DNA from: a virus
Virus record (IMG/VR): IMGVR_UViG_3300037993_001242
Span: 96,001 to 160,000 of that record
Strand: one strand, 5' to 3'
DNA length: 64,000 bases
Shown: one piece after another, positions 28,989-38,051 of the stretch
Layout of the letters: each line of letters begins with the position of its first letter
Position numbering within the stretch: the stretch's first letter is position 1
Made by a program: the position numbers and the translations under genes
The notes under the pieces: generated by a model
Database searches by the model: none
Seen by the model: the letters and a program-made list of their open reading frames with translations, nothing else
Told to the model about the DNA's origin: nothing

Positions 28989-29264
28989 ATGCCCGACGCC
29001 GTCAAAGCGGCAGTCGTCTCCGCCGTCACTCAACACGCCATCGACCGCTACTTGGAGCGGACGGGTGGCAAGAAAGCACATCGGGCTACGAACACACTGT
29101 TCTGCCTTGCCGAATCAGCTATACCCATTGGCAACAACCGCTATTATGCGCGGGGCTGGATCGTGGTGCTCAAAGATGGTGTGGTCAAAACCGCCTACCG
29201 GCCAAAAACGCGTGAACAAATGGACGCCGTATACCGCGCCTGTTCAGCCAAAAAACCGACATGA
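28989..29264 (+). CDS. Hypothetical protein (HAIDRYLER motif)
   Basis: VTQHAIDRYLER; WIVVLKDGVVKT. Confidence 0.6.
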   Translation: MPDAVKAAVVSAVTQHAIDRYLERTGGKKAHRATNTLFCLAESAIPIGNNRYYARGWIVVLKDGVVKTAYRPKTREQMDAVYRACSAKKPT

Positions 29265-29521
29265 AAGTACCGCCTTCAATTTGTCCCACCTGCCAATACC
29301 TCAACGACGCTGCCACGTATTTGCAGGATGAAACGGTTCAACCCAAACCCGATGATTTTTCCATCTGTCTTAATTGCGGCGAGATTTTGATCTTCAACGC
29401 TGACCTGACCACACGGAGCGTGACCTTGAATGACTTGGTCGATCTGCCACCGGAAATTCACGCTGAATTAACCCGGATGCAGCGGGCTGTCCGCCGACTG
29501 CCAGAACAACCACAAAAATAA
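29261..29521 (+). CDS. Small Zn-binding protein
   Basis: CPTC...CLNCG. Confidence 0.6.
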   Translation: MKVPPSICPTCQYLNDAATYLQDETVQPKPDDFSICLNCGEILIFNADLTTRSVTLNDLVDLPPEIHAELTRMQRAVRRLPEQPQK

Positions 29522-29551
29522 AACTGGCCAGCGCACTCACGCTGGCCAGTT
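29522..29551. terminator. Probable bidirectional terminator hairpin
   Basis: AACTGGCCAGCG-cactca-CGCTGGCCAGTT (12-bp stem) between convergent genes. Confidence 0.75.
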
Positions 29552-29577
29552 GACGACTGCCGAAGCAGACTGATTGA

Positions 29578-30111
29578 TTATTTGTTGTCCGAGCGTACTG
29601 CCGGACGTTTCAGCGTCGCCAAAGGCATTACCGGCGCATTGCCCGATTCACCCAGTTTGATCCCGGCCACAATCGCCCCCAAGTACGACTTGGCGGCGTA
29701 GCTGCCGTTCACAGCATCTTTGACATCGGATGCCCAGTAAATCTGATAAATGCTTTCGATGGTGGTCGTCAGGATGCCTGCGATTGGCGTCTGGAGCACG
29801 GCTACAGGCAGCTTTTGCAGCGCGGCTTCCAAGGCACCCGGCGAGTAGTCTGTCCCGCCCAGAACGTCGCCAATGGCAGCCGCCGCAAGATTGGCGTAAT
29901 TGGTGGTCTCCGCCGCATTTTGCGTCATGCCGTAAGCCACCCCTTCAGCCACCGCTGTTGACATGTAATTGGAAACCGTGTTGATGGTATTGGTGCTGGT
30001 GATCAAACTACCGCCACCGAGGATTGCACAACCCGGCGTTACCAACGCCGTGACCAGTAAGCCGCCGAGAAGCAGCGCGGCACCTGCTGTTTTGATGTAT
30101 ACGCTTTTCAT
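29578..30111 (-). CDS. Putative lipoprotein
   Basis: Signal peptide ending LVTPG-C. Confidence 0.65.
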   Translation of the reverse strand: MKSVYIKTAGAALLLGGLLVTALVTPGCAILGGGSLITSTNTINTVSNYMSTAVAEGVAYGMTQNAAETTNYANLAAAAIGDVLGGTDYSPGALEAALQKLPVAVLQTPIAGILTTTIESIYQIYWASDVKDAVNGSYAAKSYLGAIVAGIKLGESGNAPVMPLATLKRPAVRSDNK

Positions 30112-30151
30112 ATTTTTGCTTGTTAACTACACGACAAAGAACGGATTAAAA

Positions 30152-30487
30152 ATGGGTTCTTTTTACGATATGAGCGCGAAAGTTATTCACGGCCAATACC
30201 ATCACGGTGCCAACCACCGTCACTGGCGATCATTTTTTCAGGAAACCACCGGCTACAAAGTGGGTTCACCTGCGGATACGCGGGCATTTGCACCGGAAGG
30301 CCCGACAATCGCCATCAATCCTGATATTGGGCCGGTTCCCGGCGAAATCGCGATTCCCACCGCAATTCGCGTTTATTTGGATGGGCCGACGCCATTCATT
30401 CGGACTTTCCGGCGCGGGCTAAATTGGCTCGACTGCAAAGTAACGCACATCCATGGCGTCATCTCCAGTTTCCTGCGCGGTCAGTAA
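30152..30487 (+). CDS. Hypothetical protein
   Basis: ATG at 30152 or 30170, divergent from the lipoprotein gene. Confidence 0.5.
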   Translation: MGSFYDMSAKVIHGQYHHGANHRHWRSFFQETTGYKVGSPADTRAFAPEGPTIAINPDIGPVPGEIAIPTAIRVYLDGPTPFIRTFRRGLNWLDCKVTHIHGVISSFLRGQ

Positions 30488-30704
30488 CCAAACGATCAAG
30501 ATACTCGATGATTTCATCGGGATTGCCGTCGGCGTTCAAGGCTTCCAACCATTGCTGGATGCGCAGGCGTACGTCACCCTTTTCTTTGACCTTGGCCCAG
30601 TTGTTCCTGAAATCGAAACGTCCGACTTCGTCCTCCATGAACTGACAGGCCAAGTCCTCGGTATCCACCGGGCTGCGCGTTCTACGTATAAGATCAGGCG
30701 TCAT
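30459..30704 (-). CDS. Hypothetical late protein
   Basis: GTATTTA 6 nt before the ATG at 30704. Confidence 0.55.
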   Translation of the reverse strand: MTPDLIRRTRSPVDTEDLACQFMEDEVGRFDFRNNWAKVKEKGDVRLRIQQWLEALNADGNPDEIIEYLDRLVTDRAGNWR

Positions 30705-30739
30705 CGCCTTTAAATACAACTTGTAGCTATTAGAGATAT

Positions 30740-31429
30740 ATGGCCGCAACACCTTGCAACGTACTGAACACGGTATCCCAGTTCCAACTGGACGCCATGA
30801 CGCAGTTGAACAAAAAGCTCATGAGCCTGCAAAATACGGCGCAGCTTTTGGAGCGCAACGGCGACAGCGCGGCATCCTTCGTAACTCAGCTTAACAATTC
30901 GACGGACAGCTTGACCCGGATCACGGATGTTGACAAAGACCTGTACGACAAGCTGGTTGCAGCCTGTCCTTTCCTGACCAATCCGATCACCGGGCCAAAG
31001 GGTACCAGCGCCAGTGCCGCTTCCAGCGTGGAATCATTGCAAGCCACGGTGATGAAATCATACGACAATCTGATCAATAAACTGCTCAATCATCCCTACA
31101 GCCGGATGCAAAAGCTTCAGGGTGAAATGGACAACATCATCAACCAGTTTGCCGCTAAAAATATACTGGCAACCAACTTCACCCGCTGTATGCAGCAGGC
31201 GTGCAGCACAATTCTTTTCAGTGACCTTGCGCCGGATAATCTCAAGCAACAAGCCCAGATGTACCAGCGTAATTTTACAAACGGGACAGCCAGAGTGTTG
31301 TCACAGGCACAACAGGATAAAGCGGACTTGGTCACGTCGTTAATCGGCCATATTCAAGGTCTTGGCTCAACGGCAGGTAAAACGTATGCCACCGCCAAAG
31401 CCGCATTAACGGCATCTCAAACCGTATGA
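30740..31429 (+). CDS. Hypothetical helical (structural?) protein
   Basis: 229-aa ORF, divergent late-type start. Confidence 0.6.
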   Translation: MAATPCNVLNTVSQFQLDAMTQLNKKLMSLQNTAQLLERNGDSAASFVTQLNNSTDSLTRITDVDKDLYDKLVAACPFLTNPITGPKGTSASAASSVESLQATVMKSYDNLINKLLNHPYSRMQKLQGEMDNIINQFAAKNILATNFTRCMQQACSTILFSDLAPDNLKQQAQMYQRNFTNGTARVLSQAQQDKADLVTSLIGHIQGLGSTAGKTYATAKAALTASQTV

Positions 31430-31866
31430 ACGCTGTCGCTCTAGTGACTAAACTGCTGGAAGACGATCCCGACGTGATTCGTCCAAAGGATTACCTGCGC
31501 CAACTTCCAGCGCGAAAACAGGAACGCTGGTGCTTTTCCTCTGCTGACCTACAGCAGCCTGAAAACTGCCACAGCTACGACGAACTCGTCGCCAACGTAA
31601 TAACTGGAGAAGGCGGAGCATCCCGTAGCGTGGAATTCGACAATGAAGAACAAACAGACGTTATTGTCTACAGGAATGGCATCGTCACAAATAAATTTGA
31701 TGATGGAACGATAGGCGTGCCGAAAGAAATTCAAAAACTAGCCGATGACGTTGAGGAGTTGGTAAATCCACGCGGTAATACCGATGAAACCGCTTTTTGC
31801 AACGTTTGGCGCAACGTGTGGACGGACGAAACCGGTGTCTTTCTTGGCTGGGCACCGGAAGAATAG
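31426..31866 (+). CDS. LLE/DPD-leader protein ending in TAG in frame with next gene
   Basis: MNAVALVTKLLEDDPDVIRPKDY. Confidence 0.75.
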   Translation: MNAVALVTKLLEDDPDVIRPKDYLRQLPARKQERWCFSSADLQQPENCHSYDELVANVITGEGGASRSVEFDNEEQTDVIVYRNGIVTNKFDDGTIGVPKEIQKLADDVEELVNPRGNTDETAFCNVWRNVWTDETGVFLGWAPEE

Positions 31867-31878
31867 GATAAATAGCTG

Positions 31879-32517
31879 ATGCAACACATTTTTGAATTAG
31901 CCAGAGGAGCCAGCGAAGAACAACTGGATCAAATTGAAGCGATCATCCGGGACTCCTTGGAACGCGCCACCAGCGCCGCCGATTTTGAACGACTGACCAA
32001 CCGACAGTTGGAACCTTTTAACGTGCGGTTCAGCAGTTCACATCCAACCTTGGCCAGCACTCGCGCACCGGCCATGTACGACGGCACAGCCGTAGTGCTT
32101 AACACGAATTTCATCTATCAACCGCAACTTGGTGCAGATTCTGTAGCGCGGGGGACTCGTATTATGATTTCCCACGAATTAGTTCATCATGCTCAACACC
32201 AAGCGGCTGAAAAAACTGGAGATGTTGGCAAACTGGCAGATCAAGGCGGCAGATTACAGACTACCACCGGACAAGTAAACTGGGAGCGCTATACCGAAGA
32301 CCCGCACGAAAACATGGCGTATGCCAGATCAGAGGTTGATGTGATGCGCGCCATGGGTTTTTCCCAAAAAGAAATTTTGCGGCGGTTACAGCAGGGAAAG
32401 CGTTCATCCGGCATGAACTACGCGCCTGCCGATAAAAAACGTTTCCTGAAAAATGCCTATCGCTTTGCCACTGAAAGTCGTGCCCAGCGAATCGTAACTA
32501 ATTTGTTGGAAAGTTAA
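31879..32517 (+). CDS. Zincin-like metallopeptidase (HExxH)
   Basis: ISHELVHHAQH...EDPHENMAY; C-terminal RAQRIVTNLLES. Confidence 0.7.
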   Translation: MQHIFELARGASEEQLDQIEAIIRDSLERATSAADFERLTNRQLEPFNVRFSSSHPTLASTRAPAMYDGTAVVLNTNFIYQPQLGADSVARGTRIMISHELVHHAQHQAAEKTGDVGKLADQGGRLQTTTGQVNWERYTEDPHENMAYARSEVDVMRAMGFSQKEILRRLQQGKRSSGMNYAPADKKRFLKNAYRFATESRAQRIVTNLLES

Positions 32518-32539
32518 ACAAGAATAAGTTCTCAATAGT

Positions 32540-32728
32540 ATGCAAAATCCAGCAAATCCAGCCGATGGGCAGAAGGTCATCATTCAAAATGGCCAACATG
32601 TAAGCGGCCCCCTGTCGGAACAGGAAGCTCAATTGGAAGCGGCCCGGCGCAACAAGCTGGCTGAATCCACCGGGCAACCTGTCCCGGAAAATAAGCGAGC
32701 GCAGGTCAAAACCATTTTAATGGGCTAA
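32540..32728 (+). CDS. Small hypothetical protein
   Basis: 62-aa ORF filling the gap. Confidence 0.5.
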   Translation: MQNPANPADGQKVIIQNGQHVSGPLSEQEAQLEAARRNKLAESTGQPVPENKRAQVKTILMG

Positions 32729-32735
32729 TGCGCTA

Positions 32736-33449
32736 ATGCCAAAGAAACGCGAACCCGTCGCCGATCAGCCGGTCGAATTGAAGTTGGACATCCCAGAGCA
32801 GGAAACCAGAGTCCTGCCGCCGGAAACGTCCACCGAAGCTCAACCGCCGCCAGTGCATTTTAACCCGGTGCCCATGGAGCCGACCACGCCGGAAGCCGTG
32901 CTCAACAATCTCCTTGTGCGCGAACTGTGCGATCCCTCCGGCCCGACCGAACCCCTCAGCCCGACCATCGGCATCCTGAAAAAACTGACCGTGGGCTTGA
33001 CCAACGGCAGCGACATCTCGGCCATAAAAAACGACATCTTGCGCATTGTACAGCACCAACCGGAAAAGGCCGATGTGTTCAACGCGGTGATGAACCTGAT
33101 TGATCAGGAGCGGGTAGCCGATGCCGTCGAAATGCGCGCCGGAATCGAGAAACTGATCAAACGGGCTGTCCAGCGCGGAGATTTGAACACGGCCCAAGCC
33201 ATGGTGGTGTGGAAGATGACCGACAGCATCATTCAGGATGTCCGGCAAAAACAAACCGAAGACACCAAGGGTGTAGACACTGTTACCATCGTTGAAAAAG
33301 TTGATTACGCCCAACGAAAAATGGAGCGCAGCATCCAGCAAAAATGGGAAGGCACTTCACCACAGGGCCGCGAAGTCATCCGTAAAAAAATCTTCGAGCT
33401 TAAAAAGGAAATCCGCGCCGCCGCCACACCGCCCGCCATCCCGGTCTGA
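32736..33449 (+). CDS. Helical protein, candidate terminase small subunit
   Basis: Position upstream of TerL; helical composition; assignment is positional only. Confidence 0.4.
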   Translation: MPKKREPVADQPVELKLDIPEQETRVLPPETSTEAQPPPVHFNPVPMEPTTPEAVLNNLLVRELCDPSGPTEPLSPTIGILKKLTVGLTNGSDISAIKNDILRIVQHQPEKADVFNAVMNLIDQERVADAVEMRAGIEKLIKRAVQRGDLNTAQAMVVWKMTDSIIQDVRQKQTEDTKGVDTVTIVEKVDYAQRKMERSIQQKWEGTSPQGREVIRKKIFELKKEIRAAATPPAIPV

Positions 33450-33468
33450 ATTTGTTCTTTGTAGGTAA

Positions 33469-33792
33469 ATGGGCAAACGCCAAAGAATTTGGGCACGTCG
33501 CGCCTATGACAACCTTATTCAACAATTAGGCGGCAAATGCGTTGAGTGCGGCACCACGGAAAAGCTCACCATCGACCATATCGACGGCTGTGAGTTCGAG
33601 CACACGGATATTGAGTGGTCTCACCGCATCAGCATTTACCGCCGGGAAGCCAAAGAAGGCAAACTCCAAGTTCTTTGCGAGACGCACAATTCTAAAAAGG
33701 GTGATCCACGGGATCGGCCTGACGATGACGGCCAATACGACCTTTTTACGCAGGTGGTCAAACCCAACGACCCCGAACATGAACCGTTTTAA
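33469..33792 (+). CDS. HNH endonuclease
   Basis: CVECG...LTIDHIDG...LQVLCETHNSKKG. Confidence 0.85.
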   Translation: MGKRQRIWARRAYDNLIQQLGGKCVECGTTEKLTIDHIDGCEFEHTDIEWSHRISIYRREAKEGKLQVLCETHNSKKGDPRDRPDDDGQYDLFTQVVKPNDPEHEPF

Positions 33793-34091
33793 TGCGTTCG
33801 AGACAACAGTACAGTGCCAGTCCCGCCACCGTGCGGGCGCTCGGTGTCTTGGAAAAACATCCGGGCATCAGCGCCACCACCTTTGCCGGGTTGGCGTGGC
33901 CGCATCTGCGCCCCGGCAGCGGAAAGATGAAACCGCCGTTGCTGGCCGCACAATATCTGCGGCGGCTCAAAAACATGGGTCTGGTGCGGATCAGATATTC
34001 CGCCAACCCGCTGAAATTCAAGGCCCAATGTCGTTACTTTTTGTCTGACGAAGGATGCGAAATTTGTGAGTACCACCACCGAACGGGTTGA
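33792..34091 (+). CDS. Hypothetical, winged-helix-like
   Basis: AAQYLRRLKNMGLV...YFLSDEG. Confidence 0.5.
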   Translation: MRSRQQYSASPATVRALGVLEKHPGISATTFAGLAWPHLRPGSGKMKPPLLAAQYLRRLKNMGLVRIRYSANPLKFKAQCRYFLSDEGCEICEYHHRTG

Positions 34092-36171
34092 GGCCGCGAT
34101 AACGGACGTGCTGCACGGCGGGCGTGACCCGGCGTTAACCGAGATCGAACAGTCTCTTTACGAGGAACTGGCCGCACAGGTGCGCATGGGCAAGATTGAC
34201 GTGGACGGTGACCTCTGGCGGCTGGATTACATCAAGGAACCGCCGAGCGTCGAACAGTTCCTGCTGGACGATTATTATCTGGGGCGCACGTGGCGGCACA
34301 TCGAAGGTGAAAACGAAGGCATGTGGCCTGCGTGGCTGGAGATATTCAAACAGTACCTCGATTTCAATTCGCGCATCCACAACATGGTCATCACCGGCAG
34401 TTTGGGCATCGGCAAAACCTCGATGGCCGTCACGGCACTATTGTACCGCATCTGTATCGCCACTTACCTGAAAAATCCGGTGGGTTTCTTCGGCCTGTCC
34501 CGCAACTCCAACATCGTCTACAACGTCTTGTCCGTGACCAAGGAACAGGTTATGGAGACCGCCTTTGGTAACGCGCTGGCCTACATGGGTGACAGCCCGT
34601 ACTTCGTCGAGGTTTGCAAGTTCGACCCTGACATGAAGTATTCTGGCTATCGCGTGCCCATGCTTAACACCTTACCCGACGGGGCAGCTTCACGGATATG
34701 GCTCACTGCCGGTTCCAAGGGCCAACACGTGTTGGGCCGCAATTTGATCGGCGTGTGCTTGGACGAAGGCAACTTCCGGTTGGAAAAAGACCCTGATCTG
34801 GCCGCCTACGACCTGTACGATCAGGTGCGCACGCGCATCTCCAACCGGTTCCAGAAGATTGCATCCTACCTCCCGGCGTTGTCAGTCATTGCTTCGTCGG
34901 CAGCAGACGAATCCAGCTTTACGGAGAAAATCTGCACGGAGATCGAGCAGCACAACAAAGAGCGCGAGGCATCCAATGCCAAGATCGACAATCTTCAAGC
35001 CCGGATGCCACTGCAACAAATGGTGTTTCGGCACGCCGTATACAATATCAAACGGCACGCGCTGCCCGCCATCGGCCCGGATCATCACTGGTTCAAAGTT
35101 GCTTACGGCCTCAAAAACATGGAGCCATTCATCCTGACAGGCTGGTACACCGAGGATGGCGCGCCCATTGGGGAAGAACCGCACGAAGAATCTCCCAACG
35201 GCACCAAGACTGAACTGGTGCCCAAGCTGTACTACGACGAGTACCGGCGCAATTGCAAAGCGAAGTTACAGGACATTTCCGGGATCAGCGTCAGCGGCGC
35301 GCACCGTTTGTTCCCGTCGCTGGTGGACATCGAGGAATGCCTGACCGCATCCAAACAGGAAAAAGTTCCTGATCCGCTGCTGCCGGGCATCCAGCGCATC
35401 CCCATTTCCGCCGATGACGACAAAAACATCTGGGACTATCTCAACCACAAAGCATTCCTGACACGGGTCATGAGCCGCGTACAACCGCTGCGTCATCCTT
35501 ACCATCAGCGCTACGCGCATTTGGACTTGGCCACGCAGACCCAAGCAGGGCTGGCCATCTGTCATCTGGCAGGCGCACAACTGATTGAAGGACTGGTCAA
35601 GGACGGCGAACCCTTCGCCGAGTATCGGTTGGTCGTCGAGTACGATTTTATCCTGAGCATCATCGCCGGGCCGACCAAGCCCATCAATCTGGAAAAAATT
35701 CAGCGTTTCTTTTTCTGGCTCCGAGACATGTGCGGGTACCGGTTCGGCATGGTCACGGCGGACATGTACGAATCGGCCATGCCCCTGCAAATGCTCGATG
35801 GCCGTGGGTTTGAAACCGACCGCCTATCCATCGACAAAGACAAAAGCGTATACCATGCGTGGCGCGCCGGGTTTGAGGAACACCGCATCCGCTTGCACCG
35901 CAATGAAATAATGCTGCATGAAGCCGAGCAGTTGCTGGAGATGGACAAGAAGTACGACCATCCGCCGACGGGCAGCAAAGACATTACCGACGCCGCTGCC
36001 GGGGCGTTCTGGAACGCCATCAGCGCGGATGAAAAGATCACGATGATGAGTCATAATGTCCCATCCATTTATTCGGGCCAGACCATGGACGCCGAACAAA
36101 AACCGGGACTGCCGGTTGAAATTCCGCTGCCGCCCAAGGGCTACACACGCTCCAAGGTCTTTGACGTATGA
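34066..36171 (+). CDS. terL: Terminase large subunit
   Basis: ITGSLGIGKT (Walker A), VCLDEG (Walker B), HLDLA, ADMYES, DHPPTGSKDITDA (RNase H domain). Confidence 0.9.
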   Translation: MSTTTERVEAAITDVLHGGRDPALTEIEQSLYEELAAQVRMGKIDVDGDLWRLDYIKEPPSVEQFLLDDYYLGRTWRHIEGENEGMWPAWLEIFKQYLDFNSRIHNMVITGSLGIGKTSMAVTALLYRICIATYLKNPVGFFGLSRNSNIVYNVLSVTKEQVMETAFGNALAYMGDSPYFVEVCKFDPDMKYSGYRVPMLNTLPDGAASRIWLTAGSKGQHVLGRNLIGVCLDEGNFRLEKDPDLAAYDLYDQVRTRISNRFQKIASYLPALSVIASSAADESSFTEKICTEIEQHNKEREASNAKIDNLQARMPLQQMVFRHAVYNIKRHALPAIGPDHHWFKVAYGLKNMEPFILTGWYTEDGAPIGEEPHEESPNGTKTELVPKLYYDEYRRNCKAKLQDISGISVSGAHRLFPSLVDIEECLTASKQEKVPDPLLPGIQRIPISADDDKNIWDYLNHKAFLTRVMSRVQPLRHPYHQRYAHLDLATQTQAGLAICHLAGAQLIEGLVKDGEPFAEYRLVVEYDFILSIIAGPTKPINLEKIQRFFFWLRDMCGYRFGMVTADMYESAMPLQMLDGRGFETDRLSIDKDKSVYHAWRAGFEEHRIRLHRNEIMLHEAEQLLEMDKKYDHPPTGSKDITDAAAGAFWNAISADEKITMMSHNVPSIYSGQTMDAEQKPGLPVEIPLPPKGYTRSKVFDV

Positions 36172-36362
36172 CCCGGCATCTGGAACTCGCGCTGCGCCAC
36201 GCCTATCACGATCCCAACCCGCACGACGGGCCAAGAATACGGCGTTTAAAACAATTTGCCCGGCAAGTGCCCCTTGAAACCATCTGGCAAGAACTCGACG
36301 CATGGTGTAGCGCACAGGTGTCGGCAGCCGTTGACGACCTGCTCGAACGAGACCGTAGTTAA
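36168..36362 (+). CDS. Small hypothetical protein
   Basis: ATGA overlap with terL. Confidence 0.5.
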   Translation: MTRHLELALRHAYHDPNPHDGPRIRRLKQFARQVPLETIWQELDAWCSAQVSAAVDDLLERDRS

Positions 36363-36365
36363 AGC

Positions 36366-36686
36366 ATGGCTGGACAAAGAATTGAACTGCCGCCCTACTC
36401 GATGTTTGCAAAAACGCCTGTATACGACGTTGGCGGCACCATCGTTTTCGGCCTCATGGCCGACGTGATTGTCCCCGACTTGACGGACAATCTTTTCATC
36501 ATTCCGCTGGAAGGTGTCAATCGGCTGGACTTGATCTCCGATGAATTTTACGGAACCCCGGAACTGTGGTGGGTACTCGCCCGCGTAAACAACATCCAAG
36601 ACGCGCTGGTCGGCGTCCCGGTCGGAACCACGATCCGCATCCCCACCAAAGACCGACTGGCCAGCGCCGGAGTGCTGAACGTATGA
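36366..36686 (+). CDS. Baseplate wedge gp53-like / LysM-like protein
   Basis: RLDLISDEFYGTPELWWVLARVNNI...GTTIRIP; GTAGTTA 4 nt upstream. Confidence 0.8.
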   Translation: MAGQRIELPPYSMFAKTPVYDVGGTIVFGLMADVIVPDLTDNLFIIPLEGVNRLDLISDEFYGTPELWWVLARVNNIQDALVGVPVGTTIRIPTKDRLASAGVLNV

Positions 36687-37120
36687 AAGCAACCCGCTTG
36701 GTAGCCGTACTGCTGGAAGACGACCCGGATGTGGTAGACCCTGTCCGCTACTTGAAGGATTTGACCGGGCCGGACAAACGGATACGCATCACGTTCAGCC
36801 GCACCACACCGGAATCCGCCGTCGAGGGTGACTTTTCCTCCAGCGGCTGGATCGACGAAGAAGGTGTCGAGATGACCCCTGACCTGTATGACGTTGAAGA
36901 TGGCATCACCGCCGTCGACAAGACGGTAAAATTTTTACGGGATGAAGGCGCGATCACCGCCTCTTCCAGCCATTTTTCACCGGGCGATTGGTTCTCAACA
37001 GATTGGCGCACGGTTGATTACCGCACCGGCGAGGATGAAGAACGAAGTTTTCATCTTGTTGGATTTACACCGGAAGAACAAATTGAAATACACGACCGCC
37101 TTTTTAAGAAAGGACAATAA
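36683..37120 (+). CDS. LLE/DPD-leader protein with conserved phage domain
   Basis: MKATRLVAVLLEDDPDVVDPVRY; TPESAVEGD...SGWIDE; DYRTGEDEERSFHL. Confidence 0.75.
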   Translation: MKATRLVAVLLEDDPDVVDPVRYLKDLTGPDKRIRITFSRTTPESAVEGDFSSSGWIDEEGVEMTPDLYDVEDGITAVDKTVKFLRDEGAITASSSHFSPGDWFSTDWRTVDYRTGEDEERSFHLVGFTPEEQIEIHDRLFKKGQ

Positions 37121-37122
37121 CT

Positions 37123-37611
37123 ATGGCTTATTTGACTGAAGCTCGACTCGACAGCGTGATGGATATTCCGCTGGCGCTGCCCTCCACCACCCTGCAACAG
37201 GGCGACTGGCTGGTGGTCGGGTCTATCCAGATACTGTCTCCCATGACCTTGACCTACAAGTTTGCCAATCTCGATCTGCTGGACAGCACAGTGGACACGA
37301 CGCAAATCCAAGCGGTCAACAAGATTTTCGGTAATCTGGGCCTCGTGTACCTGTCCTTGTGGCTCAATTATTCCTCCGGCAGTTCGCCGGGAGCGGCGGG
37401 GGCGCTGGACGTGCTCATTGCTTCATCGTTGGGTTCATTTCAGCGCAACGTGACCAACATCGTGACGTTGACCACGCCGGGCATTTATTCGTGGATCGTG
37501 GCCAACAACTGCCAGCCGTCTTCGGATGCGTCGTCCTTGATCAACTCGGCGCTTTCCATCGACTACACGGTCACTATCACCGGCCAAGTCCGACTGGATT
37601 TGGGATCATAA
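37123..37611 (+). CDS. Putative structural beta-rich protein (paralog of next)
   Basis: AYLTEARLDSVMDIPLALPSTTLQQG. Confidence 0.6.
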   Translation: MAYLTEARLDSVMDIPLALPSTTLQQGDWLVVGSIQILSPMTLTYKFANLDLLDSTVDTTQIQAVNKIFGNLGLVYLSLWLNYSSGSSPGAAGALDVLIASSLGSFQRNVTNIVTLTTPGIYSWIVANNCQPSSDASSLINSALSIDYTVTITGQVRLDLGS

Positions 37612-37615
37612 TTTT

Positions 37616-38035
37616 ATGACGGGCTACGTAACGCCATCACGACTTGCACGCACCATTGAACTGCCAATTTCAATGGCCCAGACCGAACTGCGCCGGGGCG
37701 AGGTCATCCAGATCGCCAAGGCAATGATCAACCAAGGCCAGACGCTGGAAATGCGGATGCTGACGTTGAACTTGGTCAGGGTGCTGACTTTCGGCCAGAT
37801 TCCAGTCTACCTTAACTCGGCATTCGGACTGTGCAGCGTTGGTCTGTACTTTGGCCCAATGATCTCCAGTCCACTGGCCTACGTCAAAATCACCACCAAC
37901 GGCACGGCCATGCTCAATCCTTACAAACGAAAAGTGATGAAGAGTCCCGGCGTTTACCGAATACTGATTGCCAACAACACCAGCAATCTTGACCTGTCGG
38001 TGTGCGCCACCGGTTCCATGAAGTTTTATCAATAA
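37616..38035 (+). CDS. Putative structural beta-rich protein (paralog of previous)
   Basis: GYVTPSRLARTIELPISMAQTELRRG. Confidence 0.6.
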   Translation: MTGYVTPSRLARTIELPISMAQTELRRGEVIQIAKAMINQGQTLEMRMLTLNLVRVLTFGQIPVYLNSAFGLCSVGLYFGPMISSPLAYVKITTNGTAMLNPYKRKVMKSPGVYRILIANNTSNLDLSVCATGSMKFYQ

Positions 38036-38051
38036 AGTCCGATTTACAACC

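Noticed and set aside
30152-30487. PAAR/spike-tip-like assignment
   Set aside because: Only vague similarity; the characteristic repeated PAAR motifs are not visible
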